The notes below the pieces were generated by a model that searched no databases, was not told the DNA's origin, and saw only the letters and a program-made list of their open reading frames with translations. Shown piece by piece: positions 8,708 through 17,799 of a stretch of DNA of 64,000 nt (position 1 is the first letter of the stretch; the number at the start of each line of letters is the position of its first letter). Both the position numbers and the translations under genes were made by a program. This DNA comes from Candidatus Dormiibacterota bacterium (GTDB lineage Bacteria > Chloroflexota > Dormibacteria > Aeolococcales > Aeolococcaceae), in assembly GCA_963830305.1 (NCBI GenBank), contig CAWHLW010000015.1:61969-125968 (forward strand), in the 5' to 3' direction.

Positions 8708-9358
8708 ATGACTCCAGACCAACTCCAGGCCAGACTGTCGGCGGCGCTGGTCGACCGCCAACTCCTCGACCATCCCTTCTATCGTCGCTGGGAAGCGGGG
8801 CGTCTTCAGCCGGGCGAACTTGGCGCCTACGCGGCGCAGTATCGCTACTTCGAGGCGTCGTTGCCCGGCATCCTGCGCGCATTGCTCGCCCGCCTCGAGC
8901 CGGGTCGCGCAGCGGAGTTAGTCGAGCAGAACCTCACCGACGAGGAATCCAACCCGGAACCGCACGTGGCGGTTTTCGCGGATTTTGCGAGTGCCGTGGG
9001 AGCACGCGATGCGCTCCCGAGCGACGCAACGAGCCGTCTGTTGACGACGTACCGGGACCTCATCGACTCCAGTCCGGCTGAGGGCCTCGTCGCGCTTGTC
9101 GCCTATGAGATGCAAGCGCCCGCGATTGCGGCGTCGAAGGCGGACGGCCTACGACGACACTACGGGGCCAGTGCGGCAGCAACCCGCTTCTGGGACATCC
9201 ACGCGACGATGGACCTGGACCACGCCCGCTGGGGCATCGAGGCTGTTGCGGAGCTCGGAGCACCGGAGGGCCAGTTGGCCGCTGCCGCTCGATCCGCCGC
9301 CGACGCATGGTGGGCATTCCTCGACGACCGTGAAGCTGCCGTCGCGATCGCAGCGTGA
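8708..9358 (+). CDS. Heme-oxygenase-like di-iron enzyme family protein (iron-containing redox enzyme; CADD/PqqC-like fold)
   Basis: Start at the internal ATG 8708 (MTPDQLQARL...). Family opening LLDHPFYRRWEAGRL...YAAQYRYF. Candidate metal ligands: E-x6-H (DEESNPEPH), E in VAYEMQ, H-x3-D-x2-H (HATMDLDH). Confidence 0.75.
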   Translation: MTPDQLQARLSAALVDRQLLDHPFYRRWEAGRLQPGELGAYAAQYRYFEASLPGILRALLARLEPGRAAELVEQNLTDEESNPEPHVAVFADFASAVGARDALPSDATSRLLTTYRDLIDSSPAEGLVALVAYEMQAPAIAASKADGLRRHYGASAAATRFWDIHATMDLDHARWGIEAVAELGAPEGQLAAAARSAADAWWAFLDDREAAVAIAA

Positions 9359-9440
9359 CTCGGCCGTCGTCTCGGGAGCAGCTTGCTCCTCAGCTGAGCT
9401 ACTCGACTCCCATTAGGCCGTTCTGTGAGCCACCGTCTTC

Positions 9441-9653
9441 GTGGTCCGAAAGGTGGCGTCGTATCCTGTTGCGGTGACTGAGTCATCGGACGATGATGAA
9501 CCAGCGCTGAGAACCGGAGAAATGTGCCTCCGCACGGGCACCTGGCAGGGTGACGACGACGACAAACAGGAAATCGACATCAAGCTAGGCGCGACCTTTC
9601 CGGAGTGCCCGTTCTGCGGTCGGGCCATCGTTTGGATCTTACTGAGGGAGTAA
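9441..9653 (+). CDS. Hypothetical small protein with a C-terminal CPFCG knuckle (possibly a degenerate zinc-ribbon protein)
   Basis: 70-aa ORF, moderate GC3. The ...IDIKLGATFPECPFCGRAIVW tail resembles small Cys-pair ribbon proteins, but the first Cys pair is incomplete. Start uncertain. Confidence 0.25.
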   Translation: MVRKVASYPVAVTESSDDDEPALRTGEMCLRTGTWQGDDDDKQEIDIKLGATFPECPFCGRAIVWILLRE

Positions 9654-9908
9654 ACGCCGGAGAAGCTACCCTGCCGCCCCTCATGCGGGTCTGAGCGCGT
9701 GATCGCGCTCAACTTCCCTCAGGACGTCGGAGTCGTGCTAGAGGATGGCGGCGAACGACCCGTCACCAAGTGCGCCGTCGGCCGCCATCGGATCTACGCC
9801 CAGGACATTCACGACGAGGCCACCGAAGGACCAGATCCGACCTGATCTACTACCTGGGGCCGGGTTCGCGAAACAAATTTGGTCTCAAGGTGACAGGATG
9901 AGAGAGCC

Positions 9909-10121
9909 ATGGGGCCATGCCCTGAGTGCGGAGCCGACCGTCTCGTTCCGCTGACCTTCCAGGCCGCTCGGACTGTTGGGGGCGACCTGGAGCGGCCCGA
10001 GGTCGTCGCCATGCGACCGCTCGCGAAATGTGGCGATTGCGGCGCGCGGATCTACCCGGATAGGGTCACGCATCGGGGCGATCCGAGCGAATCGGCTCAT
10101 CAAAATAAGTCTCGGCGATAA
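9909..10121 (+). CDS. Hypothetical small zinc-ribbon protein
   Basis: MGPCPECGADR...x35...KCGDCGARIY gives two CxxC knuckles. Purine-rich stretch upstream of the ATG. Codon bias is only moderate. Confidence 0.3.
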   Translation: MGPCPECGADRLVPLTFQAARTVGGDLERPEVVAMRPLAKCGDCGARIYPDRVTHRGDPSESAHQNKSRR

Positions 10122-10512
10122 GCCTATGCTGGTGGCCGAGGGCCGGGCAAAAGGCAAAAACATCCCTCTTAACCCTGGAGTGGCGGCCTCTGGTCGTTCC
10201 GCAGGGCTTTGGCCCGGCTCTCTTTAGACCCAGCCAGTCATCAACCCCCTCTGTACCATCGGACCGAGCCTCGGACGTTCAGGTCCACGGTGCCTCGAGA
10301 CAGAGCGGGCACTAGCACTCAAGCATCCCAGCGTCTTGTCACCTGAAGGCGTTGGGTCTGCTCCGACGCGGAAGTCGTGAATCGCTCCGACGTCTGGCCC
10401 ATAGATGATCTCCGCTGGTCCCGCAGCGTCCCGCCACGGCTCGTACTTCGGTGGGAGCTATGGTATTACCAGTACCTATGCAAAGCCCGGCCCGCAGGTA
10501 GCACGACGCCAC

Positions 10513-10860
10513 ATGGATTCGGAGTGCGGTGCGGCAATACTCAGGTGCGATGCGGCGCTGACAGCCGTATTCGCCCTTCTCGGCAAACGCTGGATGGGCG
10601 TGGTGATCGGGGTGCTGCTCGAGCGCCCCGCACGATTCGCCGAAATCGCGCGATCCGTCCCCGGGATCACGGAGAGCATGCTCTCGGCCCGTCTTGGCGA
10701 GCTGAAGGATGCCGGACTGCTCACCCGGGAGGTCATCGACGGGCCCCCAATCGCCACGATCTACCGCCTTACCGCTCTCGGCGAAGCGCTGCGTCCTGGA
10801 CTCCTCGCTCTCCGCGAGTGGGCGCGTGACCACCTGTCACAGGAGGTGACGTCGACCTGA
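10513..10860 (+). CDS. HxlR family winged-helix transcriptional regulator
   Basis: Internal ATG at 10513. CDAALTAVFALLGKRWMGVVIGVLLERPARFAEIARSVPGITESMLSARLGELKDAGLLTR matches the HxlR signature (C..L..G.KW....L....RF.E......I....L..RL..L). Confidence 0.85.
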   Translation: MDSECGAAILRCDAALTAVFALLGKRWMGVVIGVLLERPARFAEIARSVPGITESMLSARLGELKDAGLLTREVIDGPPIATIYRLTALGEALRPGLLALREWARDHLSQEVTST

Positions 10861-10950
10861 CACCCGCTCTTACGAGATGTCTAGGTCAGACTATCCGGGT
10901 CAAGTTCTCCAGTCACCGCGTCATGGACAAGACACACGAAGGAGACGACC

Positions 10951-11371
10951 ATGATCAGCCACCTACTGCTCGCTGTCGACGTCGATACATCGAGCCAAGC
11001 TACGAGGGTCGCAGGCGACCTCGCCGCAGCAAGCGGCGCCGCGGTCGAGGTCTTTCACGCCGACGAGTTGAACACTCGCATCGACACCGCGATCTGGCTT
11101 GACGACGACACGGAGCCCAGAGAGGAGGTCGGGAATGCGGTCGCCGAGCTGAATACGCGGGGGATCACGGCGCGCGTGGTCACGACCCGCACGACCAGCA
11201 CCAAGGATCTTGCCAAAGCTGTCCTGCACGAGGGGCTCGAACTCGACAACGGACATCCTCATCCTCGGCCTCCCGAAGTTGCACCATGTCGGTCGGATCT
11301 TCCTCGGAAGCGTTACGGCCGACGTCGCGGCCTGGACCACGATCCCTCTGCTCCTGGTCCCGGAGCGCTAA
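10951..11371 (+). pseudogene. Universal stress protein (UspA family), +1 frameshift near 11250
   Basis: N-terminus ISHLLLAVDVDTSSQATRVAGDLAAASGAAVEVFH...AKAVLHEGLELDN is in frame 1. The next frame continues with the canonical Usp C-terminus DILILGLPKLHHVGRIFLGSVTADVAAWTTIPLLLVPER-stop (TAA 11369-11371). Confidence 0.7.
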
Positions 11372-11438
11372 CGCGAATCGACCTGTACATCACGATGGCG
11401 GCTCGGACTGGACAACACCAGGTGGACGCGCGCGCCTG

Positions 11439-12687
11439 ATGCCCCTGCATCTGAGCTCGAGTGTCAGAAAGCGGTTCAACGCAGCGTGGGAATCGCTGCT
11501 GCCGATTGGCCGCGATAGCACCACGCGCGGATACCGTCGATATGCCTGGACGCCGGCGGATGTCGCCTGCCGCGCATGGTTCGTGGACCAGGCACGTGAA
11601 CGAGGCCTCACCGTTGAGCGCGACGCTGGCGGGAACCTCCTGGCGTGGTGGGACGACTCGGTGCCTGACCGGAGCGATGCTGTAGTCACTGGGAGCCATC
11701 TCGATTCCGTCCCTGATGGAGGGGCATTCGACGGTCCCCTTGGCGTTCTCGGTGGGCTGTGCGCAATCGACGTCCTGCGAGAGCGGGGAGTTATTCCGAA
11801 ACGAGCCCTCGCGGTTGCTGTCTTCACAGATGAAGAAGGCGCGAGGTTCGGGCTGGCATGTATCGGAAGTCGCCTCTTGAGTGGAACGCTGCCCTTGGAC
11901 ACTGCCTATGGGCTGAGAGACGCGGGTGGCGTCACGATGCGAGAGGCGATGATCGCTGCCGGTAGCGAGCCGGATGGGAAGCTGACCCTCCACGACATCT
12001 CGCGCTTCTCCGCCTTCGTGGAGCTCCATATCGAGCAGGGGAGGGGACTTGTTGGCGGCGACTCGGCGGTTGCGCTTGCGACCGCAATCTGGCCCCATGG
12101 ACGATGGCGGTACGTCTTTCGCGGCGAGGCGAACCATGCTGGAACCACCCGGCTGACAGATCGACGCGACCCGATGCTGCCGTATGCGACAGTCGCGCTC
12201 GCCGCGCGGCAGATCGCTGCAGAGACTGGTGGATTGGCGACGTTCGGCCGAGTCCTGGTCGAGCCCAACGCGACGAACGGCGTGCCGTCGGCGGTACATG
12301 CGTGGCTTGACGCGCGTGCCCCGGACGCGACCGTGCTTGCAGCTCTGGTCGACTTGATTGCCGCGGCTGCCGCATCAGCCTCGGCGGTCCACGGCGTGAG
12401 CCTCGAGGTGACGTTGGAGTCCGCCACGCCTGAGGTGCGCTTCGACAGCGATTTGCGGACTCGTATGGCGGCCGCATTGCGTGCCGCTGGATGCGCGGTA
12501 CCGGAACTCTCCACGGGAGCCGGTCATGACGCGGGCATTCTGTCGACTTCGTTGCCGACCGGGATGCTCTTCGTCCGGAACAAGACCGGGGTGAGCCACA
12601 GTCCGCTGGAGAGCGCCGAACACGACGACTGCCTCGAGGGGGTTGAGTGCGCTGGCCACGGTCCTGGAGGATCTTTTGTGCCGATGA
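11439..12687 (+). pseudogene. M20-family amidase (allantoate amidohydrolase / N-carbamoyl-amino-acid hydrolase type, hut-associated), frameshift in a G5 run at 12638-12642
   Basis: MPLHLSS...GNLLAWW...VVTGSHLDSVPDGGAFDGPLGVL...FTDEEGARFG...VELHIEQG...GAGHDAG. After DCLEG the conserved tail LSALATVLEDLLCR-stop lies in the +1 frame. Its TGA (12685-12687) overlaps the ATG of the next gene (ATGA). Confidence 0.8.
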
Positions 12688-14022
12688 CCGAGTGGCATGC
12701 GGAACGCGCATGGCTCGGAATCGCCGATGCGGTGGAGACAGGCGTCTTGATCGCGGTGGAGGGAGACCGGATCACTTCGGTCACCACGGGCGTTGAGCAC
12801 CCGCCTCCCACGGCGCACCGTCTTGCCGGCTTGGTCACACCCGGTCTCGCCAATGCGCACTCGCACTGCTTCCATCGAGCGCTCCGCGGTCGCACGAATA
12901 GCGGCGGCGGTACCTTCTGGACATGGCGTGAAGCAATGTATGGCGTCGCCGCGAAACTCAATCCCGAGACGTATCACGCGCTCGCGCAAGCGACGTTCGC
13001 AGAGATGGCCCTCGCCGGGATTACCACGGTCGGCGAGTTCCACTACGTGCATCACGGGGCCCATGGAAGGGCGTACGACGACCCAAACGCGATGGGGGAG
13101 GCCCTGATCGCCGCTGCTGATGAGGTTGGAATCCGGATGACACTCCTGGACACCTGCTATCTCACCGGTGGGTTCGACACCCCGCTCGACGAGACTCAGC
13201 AACGGTTCAGCGATGGTGACGCGATTCGATGGGCCGAACGAGTCTCCGACCTGAGTCCGCGCACGGGGATTCGCATCGGTGCGGCGATCCATTCCGTACG
13301 AGCCGTACCCGCCGATCAGATGACCCTCGTCGCGCGATGGGCAGATGCGCATCAGACGCCGCTCCACGTGCACCTTTCTGAACAGCGGGCCGAGAATGAC
13401 GCGTGCATGGCGGTGCATGGATGCACGCCGACGCAACTCCTCGGCGACGCGGGCGCGCTTGGGGATCGCACGACGGCGATCCATGGGACGCACTGTGCTC
13501 CCGCGGATATCGCGCTGCTCCAGGCGGCTGGGTGCGGTCTCTGCATGTGCCCCACGACGGAGCGAGATCTGGGCGATGGCATCGGCCCGGCTCGTGATGC
13601 CTCGCGGGCAGGCATGGAGCTTTCCGTTGGCAGCGATGGGCAGAGCGTCATTGACCTGTTCGAGGAAGCGCGCGCCATGGAGCTTGACGAGAGGCTGCGC
13701 GTCGAGTTCGAGGGGCCACTGGACTCCGGCCGCCCTGTTGCGCGCGGCGACGGTCAGTGGGCAGGCGTCGCTCGGGTGGCCCGAGGCAGGCCGCATCACC
13801 CCAGGGGGCTTTGCGGACTTCATTGCCATCGACCTGAATACACCGCGACTCGCAGGATCAGATCCCGGACACCTGCTCGAAGCCGTGGCCTACTCGGCGG
13901 CTGCGACGGATGTGCACACGGTCGTTGTGGGTGGCCGCAGCATCGTGTCGAACCGTCGCCTCCGCAGTGTTCACGATGTGCCGGATGCCTTGCGGCATGC
14001 TATCGCTGCGGTCAGTAGGTAG
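12684..14022 (+). pseudogene. hutF: Formimidoylglutamate deiminase, +1 frameshift near 13700
   Basis: MTEWHAERAWLG...PGLANAHSHCFHRALRGRT...GEFHYVHH...HVHLSEQ...AIHGTH... is in the frame of ORF 11286. After DERLR the sequence continues in the frame of ORF 13345: SRGHWTPAALLRAATVSGQASLGWPEAGRITPGGFADFIAIDL...AAVSR-stop. Confidence 0.8.
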
Positions 14023-14129
14023 CTACGCGAGCGCGGAGACAGGTTCAGAAGTCTGAGGAAAACGCCGCGCCGCGCCACATCGTTGGCGACGTGCGATCTG
14101 CCGGGCACACATGCCGTGCACGCGTCGCG

Positions 14130-14504
14130 CTAGAGGAAGACCTGCGAGGACACGATCTCGCCGTCTTCAACGTCGAAGCGCTCAACTACCACTGTGTCTG
14201 GTTCGCCCGCCGCTTGGCGAACGTATTCCACAAAAGCCGTAATCCCGTCGCCAATAATCTTCCGCGCTGCATAGTGCAGGCTCGGAGTTTGCTTGAGGGC
14301 AGCCTCCCACCAGTCCAATAGCGCTGATCGCCCAATCAGTTCACCATGAGTCTCTGGGTACAAGGTTCGAATACGCGGCGACGTGTGCCGGCCGTCTTGA
14401 GCGTACAACCGCACGAGGCTGTGCACGTCGTGCGCGTTGAAGTGGTGAATCCATAGCTCCGCGACGGCAACCGGGGTTGCGGGAACGCCTTCGCTGCCGG
14501 TCAT
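14130..14504 (-). CDS. SnoaL-like / NTF2-fold (ketosteroid-isomerase-like) protein
   Basis: 124 aa. VAELWIHHFNAHDVHSLVRLYAQDGRHTSP...FVEYV...VVVERFDVEDGEIVSSQVF is the typical NTF2-like pattern. Confidence 0.65.
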   Translation of the reverse strand: MTGSEGVPATPVAVAELWIHHFNAHDVHSLVRLYAQDGRHTSPRIRTLYPETHGELIGRSALLDWWEAALKQTPSLHYAARKIIGDGITAFVEYVRQAAGEPDTVVVERFDVEDGEIVSSQVFL

Positions 14505-14804
14505 GTTCTAAAAGGCGTCCACTGGAGACGCCAGACTCCGCTCGCCCGGGGCGTCAAACCAGGCCGCGCTGCGCAGGCGACGACCGTTGCCACTCACCAT
14601 GGGCGGGATTATTGCGCGCAGCACCATAATGCACAGGGAACTCACGGTTGATCACCAGGGCACTCTCTGATCGCAGCCGCACCCTTGGTGCATGGACTTT
14701 GCGAGCACGCCAGCATCAGATGCAGCCTTGCGCTTCGCTGCCCGACGAGTTCTTGCCGCAAGCGGGTGCGGCCCGATGCGCCCACGCCAATCGATCGGAC
14801 GCGA

Positions 14805-16034
14805 TCAGACCGCGATGCCTGAGAGTGCCACGACAAGGCCGACGGCCGCAGCGAGCACCAGGGCGCTGACGACACCTCGACGCACCACGAAGAGCCAGAC
14901 GAGCGCGCCGGCGAGCACAGGGATCTGCCATGCCACCTGAAAGGCAAGGCCAAGCGGGATCGTCGAGCCGGCGATGGCGCCGATGACCGCCGGCCCAGCC
15001 CCGGTGAGGAACGCCTGAATCGAGAGGTTCGACCGGATCTGATCAAAGCGCGGTCCGCCGGCGAGCACGAAGATGAAGGAGGGTGCGAACGCGACGAGCA
15101 CTGCGAGCAACCCACCCCAGATTCCAGCAGCTGCATAGCCAACAACCGCGACCGTCAGGACGACCGGTCCCGGCGTGATCTGCCCGAGCGCCACCGCATC
15201 GAGAAACTGCGGGCCGGTCATCCAGTGATACGTGGTGACAGCGTCGTGCTGCATGAGCGGGACGATCACGAAGCCGCCGCCATACGACAGTGCACCGACT
15301 TTGAATGCCACCCACACCAGGGCTCCGAGGCCACCGATTGCCGCCGTATGGACCAGCGCAACCGGCAGCCACGCCGTCAACGATTGCGGCGCGGATGGTC
15401 GGCGCGCCTGGATGTGGATGGCGACCTCGATGAGCCCGCAGCCGAGCAGGACGAGGACGAGGTACGGGCCGATCGTTGCCGCGGCCGCCGCGCCCACGGC
15501 GGCGTAGACAAGCCATCTGCCTCGCTCCGACTGGCGCGAGCCGATTCGTCGCCAGCTCGACGGGGTCAATCCCCATGCGGCGTGCAAGGCCACGGCCGGT
15601 ACGGCAGCGCCGGCACCGGCGGCTGCGCCGAGGATCCAGAGCGGCGGGTGCGTCGCTAGAAATGCAGCCGACAGCGCAAGGATGAGCACCAATCCCGGAG
15701 CGATGAAGCAGACGCCACCGAGGATCGCCCCCGCGGCGCCGCGCAGCCGCCACGCGCAGAAGATCGCGAGCTGGGTTGATGCCGGTCCGGGCAGCAGGCT
15801 CGTGGCGGAGATCCCGTCTTCGAATTCCTTGGCGTTTAGCCAGTGGCGTTGGTCGACGCACAGACGGCGCAGAAGTGCGATGTGCGTCGGGGGACCGCCG
15901 AAACCGATGCAGCCGAGACGGAGCCACTGAGCCGCGATGGTGGCGAGCGACACCTTGGCACTTGTGGCGGAGGCGTCGCCGTCGATCACGGAACGCAGCT
16001 TATGGAATCGGTGGATCGGGCCATCGACGAGCAT
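14805..16034 (-). CDS. chrA: Chromate efflux transporter (CHR family, two-domain)
   Basis: LRLGCIGFGGPPTHIALLRRLCVDQRHWLNAKEFEDGISATSLLPGPASTQLA plus a second homologous half with PGPVVLTVAVVGY. 409 aa, ~10-12 TM helices. Confidence 0.9.
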   Translation of the reverse strand: MLVDGPIHRFHKLRSVIDGDASATSAKVSLATIAAQWLRLGCIGFGGPPTHIALLRRLCVDQRHWLNAKEFEDGISATSLLPGPASTQLAIFCAWRLRGAAGAILGGVCFIAPGLVLILALSAAFLATHPPLWILGAAAGAGAAVPAVALHAAWGLTPSSWRRIGSRQSERGRWLVYAAVGAAAAATIGPYLVLVLLGCGLIEVAIHIQARRPSAPQSLTAWLPVALVHTAAIGGLGALVWVAFKVGALSYGGGFVIVPLMQHDAVTTYHWMTGPQFLDAVALGQITPGPVVLTVAVVGYAAAGIWGGLLAVLVAFAPSFIFVLAGGPRFDQIRSNLSIQAFLTGAGPAVIGAIAGSTIPLGLAFQVAWQIPVLAGALVWLFVVRRGVVSALVLAAAVGLVVALSGIAV

Positions 16035-16052
16035 CGCGCGAAGCCCTCGCGC

Positions 16053-16775
16053 TCACCCGATGAGCGCCGCGACTCGACGGTCCTGACGCACCGCCTCAAG
16101 CTCAGGTTCGGTGGCAATGCGCGCACGGAGGTCTTCGTTGAGGGCGGCTGCGTGCTCGAGGGCTTCCACCGCGCCGTCCGTCGTGCCGGCCGCCGCGTAC
16201 GTGCATGCCAGGCTGAACCACGCCATGCCGCGCGCCGGGTCGGGCGTGTGCAGATACTCGGCGGTCGCAACCGCATGGCGGCGCAAGGCGATGCCGCGCT
16301 CGTCCATGTCATTGGCGGCGTACCAGTCGCCGACGTGTCCCAGCGGATGCCAGAAGCCACGGACAATGGTCTGGAGCCAGAGCGGCCGGCCACGAAGCCA
16401 CCTGTGCCTTGTGGGGTCGGTCAGGTCCGCATCCGGCACAAGCAGCAGCGCGTCAACGAGATCGTTCGTCGTGCGCCTGCTTTCCTCGGCGACGACCGCG
16501 GGACTCATCTCCGCGTACGCGCGGTACGTCCGCTCGCATCTGTGATCGATCTCGGTGAAGCCCGGAGGTACCTGGTGATGTATAACCGCTTCGAGGCGGA
16601 TCACCTGCTGACGCTTGAACTCCGTGTTGTGTGCGACGGTTGGCACCGGCGCCCATCGCTCTGCGCTACCGGCCCAGTCGTGGTCGGATGTCGATACGAG
16701 CAACAGTTCGTCTTCCATCGCGGCGTATCGGAGGAGCCCGACGATCGCCGTCCTCAGCGCTTGGGTCTCATTCAC
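16053..16775 (-). CDS. Hypothetical protein (DinB/ClbS-like helical bundle guess with a TPR-like C-terminal tail)
   Basis: Start moved to GTG 16775, which lies 5 nt after AAGGAGGA. High GC3. The C-terminus WFSLACTYAAAGTTDGAVEALEHAAALNEDLRARIATEPELEAVRQD is TPR-tail-like. Lies 18 nt upstream of chrA on the same strand. Confidence 0.5.
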   Translation of the reverse strand: MNETQALRTAIVGLLRYAAMEDELLLVSTSDHDWAGSAERWAPVPTVAHNTEFKRQQVIRLEAVIHHQVPPGFTEIDHRCERTYRAYAEMSPAVVAEESRRTTNDLVDALLLVPDADLTDPTRHRWLRGRPLWLQTIVRGFWHPLGHVGDWYAANDMDERGIALRRHAVATAEYLHTPDPARGMAWFSLACTYAAAGTTDGAVEALEHAAALNEDLRARIATEPELEAVRQDRRVAALIG

Positions 16776-16975
16776 GTCGATCCTCCTTGTCACACCTATG
16801 CGCGGTGATCGCAGCCGTTGTGCGAGAACCTTGTGGCGCGTGCTTCCGCGCGACCTCGGCGCCGGCAACTGTGGCACAGCGCAGACCTCACCTTGACGGC
16901 CGTCCTCCTTCCGTACAAGGTCGTAGGCTGACAAGCAGTATCGCGAGACCGACAAACTCAGCTAGGTACGCGCGA

Positions 16976-17744
16976 TCACGTGGCTCGGAAATAAGCCGCG
17001 GGAGTGAGCCCGACCTCGCGATGAAAGGCAGCCACAAATGCGCTGGTCGATTCGTATCCGACCTCGGGCGCCACGTTACTTATCGACTCCCCGGAGGCGA
17101 GCATCGGCAATGACGCCTTGAGACGCGTCAGTGTGCGCCACCTGCTGAAGGAAACACCCGTTTCGGAGAGGAATACTCGCTCAAGCGTGCGGCCGCTCGC
17201 ACCCACCTTTCGGCCCCATGACGCCAGAGTTTGGTTCTCGGCCGGTTGCTCGAGCAGAGCCTCGGCGACGGTCCTGGCGCGGCTATCGGTGGGCATCCGC
17301 ACGTCAATCGTCGTGACGTCGAGAGGCTCGAGGAGATCCACCAGAAGGGCTGCAGCTCGTTCGCGCCTTGCTTCGTCGAGTGCTTTGTCGCTGAGATACT
17401 CGATCAGCTCAGCCAAGAGGGGTTGTGCTCTGACCACGGTCGGAATCTTCCAATCGATTGAGAGGAGCTCGGTCGTCACGTAGAGCGATCGCATCGTCGC
17501 CGCGGCTTGGGCACGCACCTCGTGCCGGACGCCGGCCGGAATCCACACGGCGCGCGATCGTGGCAGCAGCCAGGTTGCGGATTCGGTGATCACGGTAAGC
17601 ACCCCGCGTGACGCCCATGCGAGCTGATCGTCGATCATGCGTGTGCCAGTCGAACCGTGTGCCCGGCGCCATTGGAAACATGCAGGCGTCGATCGCTCGC
17701 GCCGTGGTTTGAGGGGCGTCGACAGATTGTCGTTCTCGCGACAC
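16976..17744 (-). pseudogene. AraC family transcriptional regulator (cupin N-domain + HTH), +1 frameshift near 17630
   Basis: ORF 17409..17744 supplies MSRE...FPMAPGTRFDWHTHD. ORF 16976..17749 continues DDQLAWASRGVLTV...WIPAGVRHEV...TLASWGRKVGASGRTLERVFLSETGVSFSRWRTLTRLKASL...VGYESTSAFVAAFHREVGLTPAAYF. Removing one base restores WHTHDDDQLAWA. Confidence 0.8.
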
Positions 17745-17799
17745 AGCATGTCAGCGTACGCCCTTGTTCGTCGGGAGGGTGCGTGTCAACGTCAGTTGC

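Noticed and set aside
10450-10480. Imperfect inverted repeat GGTATTACCAGTACC upstream of hxlR as an operator
   Set aside because: Arms match only 4 of 5 positions and there is a single occurrence. This is plausible but not supportable without comparative or binding data.
7874-10600. Intact prophage or integrative element next to the tRNA genes
   Set aside because: No integrase, excisionase, transposase or phage structural gene is present. I could not find a direct repeat of either tRNA 3' end by eye. Only a degraded scar can be argued (see findings).
12638-12642. Programmed ribosomal frameshifting at the G5 run and at the other shift sites
   Set aside because: There are no canonical slippery heptamers, and no stimulatory stop codon plus upstream SD-like element of the prfB type. 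The sites occur in unrelated genes whose orthologues are ordinary single-frame proteins. Error or mutation is the simpler explanation.
12375-13829. 484-aa minus-strand ORF, plus similar long antisense ORFs at 29837-30904, 24241-25032, 43844-44572, 60547-61272 and 23304-24257
   Set aside because: All lie opposite genes with clear family motifs and translate to Arg/Gly/Asp/His-rich sequence without recognisable domains. They are an expected consequence of roughly two-thirds G+C with strong GC3 bias.
11286-14018. Apparent 910-aa bifunctional amidase-deiminase fusion protein
   Set aside because: The first 51 codons overlap the Usp C-terminus and are not protein-like. The junction hides a conserved amidase tail and an ATGA stop/start overlap in the +1 frame behind a G5 run. 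The last ~100 codons are out of frame relative to the conserved hutF C-terminus. I treat it as two frameshifted genes.
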